A DNA stretch of 64,000 nucleotides, taken from an uncultured SAR86 cluster bacterium (lineage in GTDB: Bacteria > Pseudomonadota > Gammaproteobacteria > Magnimaribacterales > D2472). Below are positions 10,359 to 20,151 of this stretch, piece after piece. Below the pieces are notes generated by a model. That model was not told the DNA's origin. It saw nothing but the letters and a program-made list of their open reading frames with translations, and did no database searches. A program made the position numbers and the translations under genes. Location of the stretch: positions 16 to 64,015 of the forward strand of contig CABXTT010000003.1 of the NCBI GenBank assembly GCA_902515155.1, given 5' to 3'. Numbering within the stretch: the first letter of the stretch is position 1; each line of letters opens with the position of its first letter.

Positions 10359-13271
10359 ATGAACAAATTATCTAGATTTACATTAGCTAGTTTAGGTTTT
10401 CTTTTCTTTATATCTTCGAGTGTTATTTCGCAAGAAATAGAGGAAGTTGTTGTTACGGCTACTAAAAAAGCTGAATCAATTCAAGACCTAGCTTTATCAA
10501 TAGAGGCTTTCACAGCCGAAAGCATGGAAGAAAATATGATTGAAGATGCATCTGATCTTCAAGAAGTTGTTCCAGGCTTGATAGTTGATAAAGGAATAGG
10601 ATCAGGCGTATCTTATGCAATAAGAGGAACTGGTTCGTATGGAGTAGGTGCTGCAGTTGTGGGAGCAGTTGTTGTGGCAACCAACGGTCATGACTCTAGC
10701 TCGTCAGCTTTCGCAGACATTGGTTTTTTTGATGTTGAACGTGTTGAGGTATTGAAAGGACCTCAAGGTACTTTATTTGGAAGAAATGCAGTTGTAGGTG
10801 CTATTAATGTCATTACTGCAAGACCAACATCAGAATATGAGGGAGGTATGAATGTTGATATGGGCAATTTTGGTTCTGAAGATATTACAGGTGTATTTAA
10901 TATGCCTGTTTCTGATTCTCTTAGAGCAAGAATTGCATTTACAACTACCAAAAGAGACGGTTTCACAAGAAATGTAAGAGATAACTCATTCTTTAATGAT
11001 AAAGATGCTTATGGAGCCAGAATTTCTATAGATAAAGACATAGGCGACTCTTCTATACTTAAGTTTACTTATGATATGTACCAAGCTGATGACAATAGAA
11101 ACAATATTGGAGCTCCATATTGTGAAAGTCATGCATTATATGGTTGTAATCCTTTAACGGTTGGTACACCTAATGTTCCATCTGATTCAAGAGGAAGTAC
11201 AGCAGCACTATTTAATGTTGTTGCCGGTCTTGAAGCATCAGCATATGTTAATCAATATGCTGGAACTACAACTCCTAACAGTTTTCGTGAAGCATACATA
11301 ACAAGAAATCCTATTCATAAATCTGACTATAGTTTTGGTCAATTAGAATTTCAAACTGAATTATCAGATTCGTTAACACTTGTTGCTAAAATTTCACATC
11401 AGGTTAGAGATTATTTCCATATGGTTGATAATGATTATTCGCATTCAACTAAACCATATCCTGGAATTTTAGCTTCTATCGGCCTTCCACCTGTTTCGTT
11501 TAGTGGAACTTTTGGTGGTACTTTTAACGGAGATGATTATAGTTTTACCGAATTAGTAGATACTGAAAGAACTTATGAATTCTCAAATTCAGAATTTAAT
11601 ACAAATCAGGCAGAGATTTCAATTGTTTCTGATTATGATGGAGCAGTAAACTTTGTTCTTGGAGCTTATCAGTATGATTCAAGAAGTCATAACAGATATC
11701 AAGTTCAAACAGCTGCATGGAACTTAACAGGCAACTTTGGCAAACATCCATATTCAAATCTACCTAACTTCAGCATGTTTAAGGCTTACGGTGGAATACC
11801 TTTTTATCAAACTTTAATTTTAGGAGGATTAAGTGGAAGTGATAATTGCGCACTTGGTGGAACACCAATTGGTAATGCTGCCGGAATTCCGCCAGCTGCT
11901 AATGGAGGAACTCCAAACACAACAAATCCTAATTGTTTAGGCTTCTTATTAGCTGCTCAAGGTATTAACCCTTATCACATACCAACAGAATTAGCAGGTT
12001 ATCTTAATGATGACCATGTAAGAACTAAATCTACTGCTATCTTTGGTGAGTTATATGTAGACCTTTCTGAAGTTACTAAGTTAACTCTTGGTCTTAGATA
12101 TAATGACGATACAGTTAAAGATACAATTATGACTTGTTTAACAGACTTTGATTGTCCTAACTATCCTCAATCTCAATGGGATTCTGGTAAGTATGGATTT
12201 CACCCAACCGTTGAGATAGTCAAAGATGATGCTTTAGCTTATAAATTAGCTATTCAGCATAACATCACGGATGATCGAATGATTTATGCTAGTTATACAA
12301 CAGCTGTAAAAGCTGGTGGTAATAACCCAGTCATTGGAACGACTCCAGATCCATACGATCAAGAAGAAACAGGTGTTTTTGAAGTAGGAACCAAAAGTAT
12401 TCTATTTAATGGAGCCATGCTATTTAATGCTTCCATATTTATGAATGATACAAAAGGCATGCTTATATCTAATATTGAAAATGCTGGTTCTGTTAACTAT
12501 AACGTTGATGCTGAGATTAAAGGTTTTGAAGGTAATATGGTTGCTTTCTTAAGTGAAACTGCAAGCATTGATGTTAGTTGGTTATTAGTTGAGAGTGAGC
12601 TTGGTGATCAAAGAATGCCAGATCCTCTTAATCCTGCTGGTTTAGTAGCATTAATGGATGTCAATCCTGCTGCCTTTATCCCCGGAGTGGGTTGTGCAAC
12701 AGCAACAGGCCTATGTGGTCCTGCTGCATTTGGTGCAGGAGTTCAAGGCTTACCTTTAGACCCTCAAGGAGCAGTTCAATACGGATATGGTGTCAATGCA
12801 GCTGGAAATGTTGTTCCAGTATTTAAATCTGCTGGATACTTATGTTTAGGAGTATTTAACCCATTGGGTGGTGTAGACTGTCCTGCTTCAGATTCAGGTG
12901 GTACTGTTTCTATAAGCGGTAATTCATTGCCTCAGTCTCCAGAAAGTTCATACAGTATTGGTATTAACAAAGATATGATCTCAGACAACGGTGTCACAAA
13001 AATGAGAGTAGCATACAGATATCAAGCCGAGAGAGAAGGGAATGTCTTTAATCAGGCAAGAGCTAGAATGCCTGAAACAGAATATTTAGATGTATCCTTT
13101 AACTATGTCCCAAATGATGGAAATTGGAACTTAAAGTTATATGTTAAAAATTTAAATGATGACCAGTTTATTGGAACATGGGCTGCATCTAGTGCACTGC
13201 AAGGTGGAGCACAATTTGCAACATATACTGATCCTAGAACTTATGGAATATCGTTTGGAACAACATTTTAA
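10359..13271 (+). CDS. TonB-dependent receptor
   Basis: Signal peptide, EEVVVTA TonB box, plug DVERVEVLKGPQGTLFGRNA, terminal PRTYGISFGTTF. Confidence 0.95.
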   Translation: MNKLSRFTLASLGFLFFISSSVISQEIEEVVVTATKKAESIQDLALSIEAFTAESMEENMIEDASDLQEVVPGLIVDKGIGSGVSYAIRGTGSYGVGAAVVGAVVVATNGHDSSSSAFADIGFFDVERVEVLKGPQGTLFGRNAVVGAINVITARPTSEYEGGMNVDMGNFGSEDITGVFNMPVSDSLRARIAFTTTKRDGFTRNVRDNSFFNDKDAYGARISIDKDIGDSSILKFTYDMYQADDNRNNIGAPYCESHALYGCNPLTVGTPNVPSDSRGSTAALFNVVAGLEASAYVNQYAGTTTPNSFREAYITRNPIHKSDYSFGQLEFQTELSDSLTLVAKISHQVRDYFHMVDNDYSHSTKPYPGILASIGLPPVSFSGTFGGTFNGDDYSFTELVDTERTYEFSNSEFNTNQAEISIVSDYDGAVNFVLGAYQYDSRSHNRYQVQTAAWNLTGNFGKHPYSNLPNFSMFKAYGGIPFYQTLILGGLSGSDNCALGGTPIGNAAGIPPAANGGTPNTTNPNCLGFLLAAQGINPYHIPTELAGYLNDDHVRTKSTAIFGELYVDLSEVTKLTLGLRYNDDTVKDTIMTCLTDFDCPNYPQSQWDSGKYGFHPTVEIVKDDALAYKLAIQHNITDDRMIYASYTTAVKAGGNNPVIGTTPDPYDQEETGVFEVGTKSILFNGAMLFNASIFMNDTKGMLISNIENAGSVNYNVDAEIKGFEGNMVAFLSETASIDVSWLLVESELGDQRMPDPLNPAGLVALMDVNPAAFIPGVGCATATGLCGPAAFGAGVQGLPLDPQGAVQYGYGVNAAGNVVPVFKSAGYLCLGVFNPLGGVDCPASDSGGTVSISGNSLPQSPESSYSIGINKDMISDNGVTKMRVAYRYQAEREGNVFNQARARMPETEYLDVSFNYVPNDGNWNLKLYVKNLNDDQFIGTWAASSALQGGAQFATYTDPRTYGISFGTTF

Positions 13272-13285
13272 ATAAGACTTAATAT

Positions 13286-13316
13286 AAAAAGGCTGGTTTT
13301 AACCAGCCTTTTTTTT
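13286..13316 (+). terminator. Intrinsic terminator
   Basis: aaaaaggctggtt-tt-aaccagcctttttttt. Confidence 0.88.
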
Positions 13317-13433
13317 ATATATTAATTAATGTTGATATTTTTTTTATATAAAATTTGTATGCAATATATAGTCAATTTTCCCTGAAGTAGCCTAATCTAG
13401 TCATATTAATTGACATCATTTGGGGGATTTTTC

Positions 13434-16181
13434 ATGTCGAAATCATCTAGCTTTTTTAAAAGTATATTTTTTATAAACCTTTTTATATTTTCATCTATTA
13501 CTGTTGCTCAAGAAGTTGAAGAAGTAATTGTTACTGCTACAAAAAAGAGTGAGTCTGTTCAGGATCTTGCTTTTTCTATTGAAGCTCTTTCTGCAGAACA
13601 ACTTGAACAAGATCAGATTTATGACCTTCAGGATCTTCAAGAAGTTATTCCTGGATTTATAGCTGATAAAGGGGTTGCATCTGGAGGACTCTATTCATTG
13701 AGAGGATTATTATCTAGAAATATTTCTTCAGCATCAGTGGATTCACTTTCCATGAATATAAATGGACATAGTATCAATTCTTCAAGTATGACAAATATTG
13801 GATTTTTTGATATTGAAAGAATAGAAGTTAAAAAAGGACCAGTAGGAACTCTAAACGGCAGAAGCGGCGCACTTGGAAAAATTGATGTTATTACTGCAAG
13901 GCCTTCAGGGGAGCTTGATGGATCAATTGATATTGAAGCGGGTAATTACAACTCTAAAAAGATTACTTCAATTATTAATTTACCACTTTCCGACTCACTA
14001 AATTCAAGATTGGCGTTTATGACTTTCACCAGAGATGGGATGATGTATAACACAAATCTTGATTCACCATTTGACGATAGAGACGATACAGCAATGAGGC
14101 TTTCGATGGATTGGGATATATCTGATTCAACAATGCTCAAATTTACCTATTCAATGAACGAAGCAGAGGATAATAGATCGCAACAAGATGTTGTCTATTG
14201 TGCGCAAGATCCTTTCTTTGGTTGTTCACCTTATAGTGTTGGACTTCAAGGTTCGACTGCAGACTCTCGAGGTGAAGTTGGCGGCTTATTAGGATTAGTA
14301 GCTTTTGGAATGCCTAGCACTGGAATAATTAATAGTTATGCTGGAGCAGGTTCTAACGCTATTCGAGGAAGAGTTGCTTTAGATAGAAATCCACTTCATG
14401 CAAGCAAAAACGAATTTAGTAATCTAGAGCTTGTAACTGATATTACTGATGAGCTTCAATTTGTTGCAAAGTATTCATATGGAACTAGAAAATTTAAGCA
14501 GATTGATGATAATGATATGTCCTTAGCTACTGTCCCATTTATGGGTGCATTAGGTCCTCTTGTAGGTGAGGGTTGTTTTAGAGATTTTTGTGAAACTGTC
14601 GATGGCCCAAGAAAATATTCAATGATCCATATTGATTATGAAAATCAAAATGCTGAGATAAATTTAATTTCTAATTACGATGGTGCTTTCAACTTTACTG
14701 TAGGTGCTTATCAATATAAGTCTAAAAATGACAACGAAACTAATATTGCAACTGGAGCAAGTTCATTCTTAATGGATTTAGGAACACATCCATACTTTCC
14801 TACTTTAAACTTTCTTTCTGGTGGAGCACCAATAGGTGGTAAAGGTGGCGCTGCATATTATCAAGAAATAGGTACATGGATAGCAACAGGCAGTGCTGTT
14901 GGGTGGACTCATCCTGCAACACAGGCAGCATTAGCTGCAGCTTTACCAGTATCTTCTAAAACTACACCGCGTGATGGCCACGGACTGATACTTGATAATC
15001 ATATTGGTATTACAGAAAAATCAATATTTGGTGAGATGTATTTTGATTTATCTGAGAAGACTAAGCTTACTGTAGGTGCAAGATATGATGAAGCAGATGT
15101 TGGTCAAACTCAAATTAATGATACGTTTGCTTCCTTATTTCATGCACTTCCAGGAACAGTTGATACTAAACTTGTAAGAGAACAAAGAAATGTACCAGGT
15201 TTTACAACATCAACTGCTGCTCCTGCAGATGGCACAGCTTATAAAATTGCTATTCAGCATGACCTAACGGATGACACTATGATTTATTCCTCAGTTTCAA
15301 CGGCTATGAAACCTGGAGGTATTAATACTGGTAATAATACTGAAGTTTTAGAAGAAGAAAATGTTACTAACATGGAAATCGGTATAAAGAGTATTCTAGC
15401 TAATGGTGCAGTTTTATTAAATGCAACAGTATTCAACACGGATATTGATGGTTATCAAGTAGGTGTTGTTGTTAACACAGGAACTGATGCTGCTAACGCT
15501 ACAGCAGAAATGACTGGTTTTGAAGGTAATCTTTCTGCTTACATGTCAGAGTCAACAAGGATTGATTTTAATTGGTTGTATACCGATGCAGAATTCACTG
15601 GAGATGCAATGATTGTTGATTATCTAAACCCTGGAGCATGGACTGGTCCTTATGGAGGATACATGGCTGTTGATGATAATGGACTAGGCTTAATGTACAT
15701 GGCGACAGGTTCAAACGGAGTCACAGTATTTAAGTCAGCTGGTTTTAGTTGTTTAACACCACTCTTTAATCCTTTACTTGGTGTGGACTGTCCAACAGGA
15801 TCCGAAGGTGTTGAGCAAAACGTTAAAGGAAATAAGTTACCTGGAACACCTGAACTTTCTTATAGTTTATCTCTCAATAAGAGATTTACATCTTCAATAG
15901 GTACTTTTGACTTCAGACTAACTCATAGATTCCAAGATTCATTCGCAGGTGATGCTTTTAACAGTGAAAGGCTATTTAACGACGAACAAGAGTATCTTGA
16001 TTTAATTGTGAAATATGAACCAACTAATGCTGATTGGTATCTCTCACTCTTTGCTAAAAACATTAATGATGAGGTTTGGAGAACATCTCCTGGTACACAA
16101 AGTAATGTGCAAGGTGGTGGTGTAGTGTGGCAGTTAAATGATCCTAGGATTTATGGAGTACAATTTGGAACTAGTTTTTAG
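13434..16181 (+). CDS. TonB-dependent receptor, paralog of the upstream gene
   Basis: EEVIVTATKK, DIERIEVKKGP, terminal PRIYGVQFGTSF; SD ggggga supports ATG 13434. Confidence 0.93.
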   Translation: MSKSSSFFKSIFFINLFIFSSITVAQEVEEVIVTATKKSESVQDLAFSIEALSAEQLEQDQIYDLQDLQEVIPGFIADKGVASGGLYSLRGLLSRNISSASVDSLSMNINGHSINSSSMTNIGFFDIERIEVKKGPVGTLNGRSGALGKIDVITARPSGELDGSIDIEAGNYNSKKITSIINLPLSDSLNSRLAFMTFTRDGMMYNTNLDSPFDDRDDTAMRLSMDWDISDSTMLKFTYSMNEAEDNRSQQDVVYCAQDPFFGCSPYSVGLQGSTADSRGEVGGLLGLVAFGMPSTGIINSYAGAGSNAIRGRVALDRNPLHASKNEFSNLELVTDITDELQFVAKYSYGTRKFKQIDDNDMSLATVPFMGALGPLVGEGCFRDFCETVDGPRKYSMIHIDYENQNAEINLISNYDGAFNFTVGAYQYKSKNDNETNIATGASSFLMDLGTHPYFPTLNFLSGGAPIGGKGGAAYYQEIGTWIATGSAVGWTHPATQAALAAALPVSSKTTPRDGHGLILDNHIGITEKSIFGEMYFDLSEKTKLTVGARYDEADVGQTQINDTFASLFHALPGTVDTKLVREQRNVPGFTTSTAAPADGTAYKIAIQHDLTDDTMIYSSVSTAMKPGGINTGNNTEVLEEENVTNMEIGIKSILANGAVLLNATVFNTDIDGYQVGVVVNTGTDAANATAEMTGFEGNLSAYMSESTRIDFNWLYTDAEFTGDAMIVDYLNPGAWTGPYGGYMAVDDNGLGLMYMATGSNGVTVFKSAGFSCLTPLFNPLLGVDCPTGSEGVEQNVKGNKLPGTPELSYSLSLNKRFTSSIGTFDFRLTHRFQDSFAGDAFNSERLFNDEQEYLDLIVKYEPTNADWYLSLFAKNINDEVWRTSPGTQSNVQGGGVVWQLNDPRIYGVQFGTSF

Positions 16182-16200
16182 ACTAATTTTAAATTAATAC

Positions 16201-16228
16201 AAAGCCCAGTTTACTGGGCTTTTTTTTT
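16201..16228 (+). terminator. Intrinsic terminator
   Basis: aaagcccagt-tt-actgggcttttttttt. Confidence 0.88.
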
Positions 16229-16248
16229 GCTTCATACTACAACTTATT

Positions 16249-16728
16249 ATGGAATCATTACCTTATAAATCAGAGTTAATCACTGTTTCTGAAGAGATGT
16301 GTGATCACAATGGACACATGAACGTTAACTTTTATTACAAACTATTTGATAAATGTTATACCGATATGTATGTTGAGGATTTAGACTTCACTTCGGAATA
16401 TTTAGAAAGTGGTTTCTCAACTTTTACACTTGAGGACAGCATCCGCTATTTAAAAGAATTTAGACTTGGTGATAAAGTTTACCCATCTTTTTATTTAAAT
16501 AATGCAAATAAAAAATTACTTCATTTTGTGGGAATATTATTAAATGACAAGGATGATGTAGCAGCAATATTTGAAACTGTATTAGGCCACATAAATTTAA
16601 ATGAAAGAAAAATGACAAATTTTAGTGATGATAAATTGCTCCATATTTTGAATTATTTTAAAGCTAATAAAATTGAAGAAGATTTGCCATTTGATCTTAA
16701 ACTTAAAATTAATGATTTGCAGGCCTAG
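16249..16728 (+). CDS. Hotdog-fold acyl-CoA thioesterase
   Basis: DHNGHMNVNFY..FD motif, IRYLKE. Confidence 0.85.
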   Translation: MESLPYKSELITVSEEMCDHNGHMNVNFYYKLFDKCYTDMYVEDLDFTSEYLESGFSTFTLEDSIRYLKEFRLGDKVYPSFYLNNANKKLLHFVGILLNDKDDVAAIFETVLGHINLNERKMTNFSDDKLLHILNYFKANKIEEDLPFDLKLKINDLQA

Positions 16729-17707
16729 GAGTTTCCTAACCTTAATTTTTCTTGTTCCCAATTTATACTCTGATACTTTAAGTGTCATGACCTTTAACGT
16801 TCAGAATTTGTTTGATACCAATAATGATCCTTATAAAGATGACAAAGCGTTTTTACCTTTGCAAGAAAAATTATCTGAAAAACATCAAAAAGAATGTAAA
16901 AAAATCTATGTTAAATCATGGAGGGACGAATGCCTTTATTTAGATTGGAACGAAGAGACTAAAAATGCAAAATTGAAAAATGTTTTTGAGAATATCATAT
17001 CCTTTGAAGGCTCTGGACCGGATTTAATTGCTTTCCAAGAAGTTGAAAATATTAATATTCTTAAGCAATTGTTTACTCTACTCAAACCTTATGGCTACAT
17101 TGATTACAAATTACTTGAAAGTAAAGATAAAAGAGGAATAGATACAGCTTACATATCGAAGTACAGGATATTTAATCCACAATTGCATTACATTAGATTT
17201 TCATCCAAATTTCGAACAAAGGATACAAGGCCAATATTTGAAGCTACTTTAAAGATGCAAGAAAGTACAATTAAAATTTACAACGCTCACTTCCCTTCAA
17301 ATTATTATGATCTGCAAATGAGAATTGAATCTTTTGAAGCCTTGAGAGATTTGCATAAAAAACACCACTATCCATCCATAGTTCTTGGTGATTTTAATAT
17401 AAGTTCAAAAGATGATATCAAATATAAGGTTTATGAGAATCAATCACGAGAATGGCTTGTGGCTCATATTGAGGGTTGTAATGCTTGTAAAGGAACTTAT
17501 TACTTCAACTCCGGCAATTCTTGGGATTTTTTAGATTCAATTTTTATCTCTAAAAATAGAGGAATTTCTTTTGATGTGAGTAGTATTAAAGTTCATACAA
17601 CAAAGTCTAATACGTATAAAAACTCAGGAAAGCCTTATAGGTTTGATCCAAAGCTTAAAAAGGGAGTATCTGATCATTTTGCTATGGTAGCAAAAATCAA
17701 CATTTAA
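16712..17707 (+). CDS. Endonuclease/exonuclease/phosphatase family protein, probably secreted
   Basis: TFNVQNLFD, QEVEN, HFPS, GDFN, SDH; start uncertain. Confidence 0.88.
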   Translation: MICRPRSFLTLIFLVPNLYSDTLSVMTFNVQNLFDTNNDPYKDDKAFLPLQEKLSEKHQKECKKIYVKSWRDECLYLDWNEETKNAKLKNVFENIISFEGSGPDLIAFQEVENINILKQLFTLLKPYGYIDYKLLESKDKRGIDTAYISKYRIFNPQLHYIRFSSKFRTKDTRPIFEATLKMQESTIKIYNAHFPSNYYDLQMRIESFEALRDLHKKHHYPSIVLGDFNISSKDDIKYKVYENQSREWLVAHIEGCNACKGTYYFNSGNSWDFLDSIFISKNRGISFDVSSIKVHTTKSNTYKNSGKPYRFDPKLKKGVSDHFAMVAKINI

Positions 17708-17735
17708 GCTTTAGGTATTTTACTTTTAAAGAATA

Positions 17736-18134
17736 TTATTTTCTCCAACCGCCTCTATCGAATACTCTTAGATAAGTTAGTTGATCATGGTCTGAAGCAT
17801 TTATTACTTTACAGTAGTCACCTGATTCCACTAAAACAACATCACCAGAAGTTAACTCATACGAATCTTTATGCTCTACGCCATAAGAGGGATCTGAACC
17901 GTGTCCCTCATCAGAATTCATATACTCTATGACTTCCATAATACCTCTTCCATTTGTTATGACGTAAACAACATCAGAGTCTATTAGTTTGTGTCCATGA
18001 GTTGATTTGCCTGGTTGGATAACTGTTTTACTTGCAATTATTCTTTTTAACAGGTCATTAGTCCATACTGCATAATCTTCATTAACATTATGCGGTGACC
18101 CGCCAACCCTATAATTAACATATTTTTTTGCCAT
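17736..18134 (-). CDS. Cupin-fold protein with degenerate metal site
   Basis: PGKSTHGH...VYVITNGRG and GDVVLVESGDYCKVIN; SD aaggga before ATG 18134. Confidence 0.7.
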   Translation of the reverse strand: MAKKYVNYRVGGSPHNVNEDYAVWTNDLLKRIIASKTVIQPGKSTHGHKLIDSDVVYVITNGRGIMEVIEYMNSDEGHGSDPSYGVEHKDSYELTSGDVVLVESGDYCKVINASDHDQLTYLRVFDRGGWRK

Positions 18135-18205
18135 TTTAATTCCCTTGATTAACACCTCGATTATAGTTATTTAGACACCATATGCCAATAAAATGTTATC
18201 AACTG

Positions 18206-18233
18206 TTGTTATTTAGAACTATTAAAATATAAT
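18206..18233 (+). promoter_or_regulatory. Putative sigma70 promoter of metY leader
   Basis: ttgtta-16 nt-tataat; start site would fall at the 5' end of the riboswitch. Confidence 0.5.
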
Positions 18234-18237
18234 TAAT

Positions 18238-18290
18238 GTTCGCCCTTTGATATCAGCTTGCCGGCGTCATAAATAGGCTAAAGAGAATTT
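18238..18290 (+). ncRNA. SAM-II-type riboswitch
   Basis: cgcc..tttga..GCTTGC.ggcg..taaa..GCTAAAgag matches SAM-II pseudoknot pattern (P1 cgcc/ggcg; ttgcc/ggc-t-aa); lies upstream of a Met biosynthesis gene. Confidence 0.8.
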
Positions 18291-18336
18291 ATAACAAATT
18301 TCTCAACGTTGATGCATTAATCTTAGGAGAGAGATT

Positions 18337-19629
18337 ATGAGTAAAACTTATACAAACCCAGAAACAATTGGACTTCATGCTGGGTGGAGAAAAGACGATA
18401 ATACAAATTCTGTAGCTGTTCCTATCCATCAGACATCAAGTTTTCAATTTGACGATTGCGATCATGCGGCAAATCTTTTTGCACTGTCTGAATTAGGAAA
18501 TATTTATTCCAGGATTATGAATCCTACATGTGCAGTTCTAGAAGATAGGGTTGCTGCTTTAGAGGGTGGCGTTGGAGCATTAGCTGTAGCATCTGGTCAG
18601 GCTGCCTCCGCTTATGCTATTCAGAACTTAGCAAAAAATGGAGACAATATAGTGGCTTCATCCCATCTTTATGGCGGAACATATAATCAATTTAAGAATG
18701 TTATGTCTGATATGGGAATAGATGTGCGCTTTGTAGATCCATCAGATCCGCAAAATTTTGCAAACGCAACTGATGATAAAACGAGAGCCTATTATGGTGA
18801 AGTACTTCCAAATCCAAGTTTTGAGGTCTTTCCAATTTCTGAGGTTGCTGAAATAGGAAGACCTTTAGGTATTCCATTAATAGTAGATAACACAGCAGCT
18901 CCTGTAATCTGTAAACCTTTTGACCATGGTGCTGCAGTATTAATACACTCAACTACAAAATTTATAGGTGGTCACGGAACATCCATTGGAGGCATTATTG
19001 TGGACAGTGGAAATTTTGATTGGGAAGCGTTTCCTGAGAGACAGCCTGCTCTTAATACTCCTGACCCATCATATGGAGGTGCGGTATGGACAGAGGCTGT
19101 AAAGCCTTTAGGCCCAATAGCTTACATTCTTAAAGCAAGAACTACTATTTTAAGGGACATGGGAGCAGCCATGAGTCCGTTTAATGCATTTATGTTTATT
19201 CAAGGTCTAGAAACATTGGCTTTGAGAATGAGAGAACATACTAGCAATGCTGAGAAGATAGCTGAGTATCTTTCAAACCATGATTCAGTTGAAAAAGTTA
19301 TCTATCCGTCTTGTATGGATGGTTATGCAAAAGAACGAGCTGATAAATACCTTACTAAGGGCAATGGAGGTCTTATGGGCTTTGAAATAAAAGGCGGCAT
19401 TGAGGCTGGTAAGAAATTTATAAATGCACTAGAAATGGTTTATCATGTGGCTAATATAGGAGATTCAAGAAGTCTTGCTATTCACCCTGGTAGCACAACT
19501 CACAGTCAGTTAAACGAAGAAGAGTTATTAGCAGCAGGCATCACTCCAGGCTTTGTGAGACTCTCAATTGGTTTAGAGCACGTTGATGATATTATTGCGG
19601 ATTACGAGCAAGCTTTAGCAAAAATCTAA
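18337..19629 (+). CDS. metY: O-acetylhomoserine sulfhydrylase
   Basis: YSRIMNPT, ASGQAA, HSTTKFIGGHG (PLP lysine), ANIGD, RLSIGLE. Confidence 0.93.
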   Translation: MSKTYTNPETIGLHAGWRKDDNTNSVAVPIHQTSSFQFDDCDHAANLFALSELGNIYSRIMNPTCAVLEDRVAALEGGVGALAVASGQAASAYAIQNLAKNGDNIVASSHLYGGTYNQFKNVMSDMGIDVRFVDPSDPQNFANATDDKTRAYYGEVLPNPSFEVFPISEVAEIGRPLGIPLIVDNTAAPVICKPFDHGAAVLIHSTTKFIGGHGTSIGGIIVDSGNFDWEAFPERQPALNTPDPSYGGAVWTEAVKPLGPIAYILKARTTILRDMGAAMSPFNAFMFIQGLETLALRMREHTSNAEKIAEYLSNHDSVEKVIYPSCMDGYAKERADKYLTKGNGGLMGFEIKGGIEAGKKFINALEMVYHVANIGDSRSLAIHPGSTTHSQLNEEELLAAGITPGFVRLSIGLEHVDDIIADYEQALAKI

Positions 19630-19635
19630 AAAATC

Positions 19636-20148
19636 TTGAGCCAAGAATTAGTTACTTATATAGTTCTTGGCTCGGAGTCTAGACTTAATGGGGTGAAGTT
19701 ACCCTTAAGCAATAAATATGAGGAATACATTTTTTCAAATTTTGATTTCCAGTCATCTATTGAAGATCAATTAAATGAGTCAATAACAAATTCAAAAGGC
19801 GAACTAATTGTTTTTCTTCCACCTTCATCATTCCCAAATACAGCAGCTAAAGAAGCCCTAAAAAAAATTGCACTTATTGGTCTTTCTTCTTGGGGGTGGT
19901 TTGAATATAGCCTAACTAGAAAAAATATTATTCAAAATATTAAAAAAGTAAGTACTCTTGTTAGGAGCATTCCCGATCTAGAGCAGGGGATATACTTTAC
20001 AAAAAGACTTTATTTTTCTGTTGGTGGAATTGGAACTTTTGGTAACTCGCCGTTCACAGAAATTTCAAAAAGATTTTATTCAAGGATTGATCCACAAAAT
20101 CCGCTTCCAGCTCTTATAATTAGAACTAAGAATCTTAAATTAGATTAA
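19636..20148 (+). CDS. Hypothetical protein; possibly a degenerate family-2 glycosyltransferase
   Basis: SKGELIVFL and EQGIYFTKRLYFSVGG resemble GT2 motifs, but DxD is missing; TTG start. Confidence 0.45.
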   Translation: MSQELVTYIVLGSESRLNGVKLPLSNKYEEYIFSNFDFQSSIEDQLNESITNSKGELIVFLPPSSFPNTAAKEALKKIALIGLSSWGWFEYSLTRKNIIQNIKKVSTLVRSIPDLEQGIYFTKRLYFSVGGIGTFGNSPFTEISKRFYSRIDPQNPLPALIIRTKNLKLD

Positions 20149-20151
20149 AAA

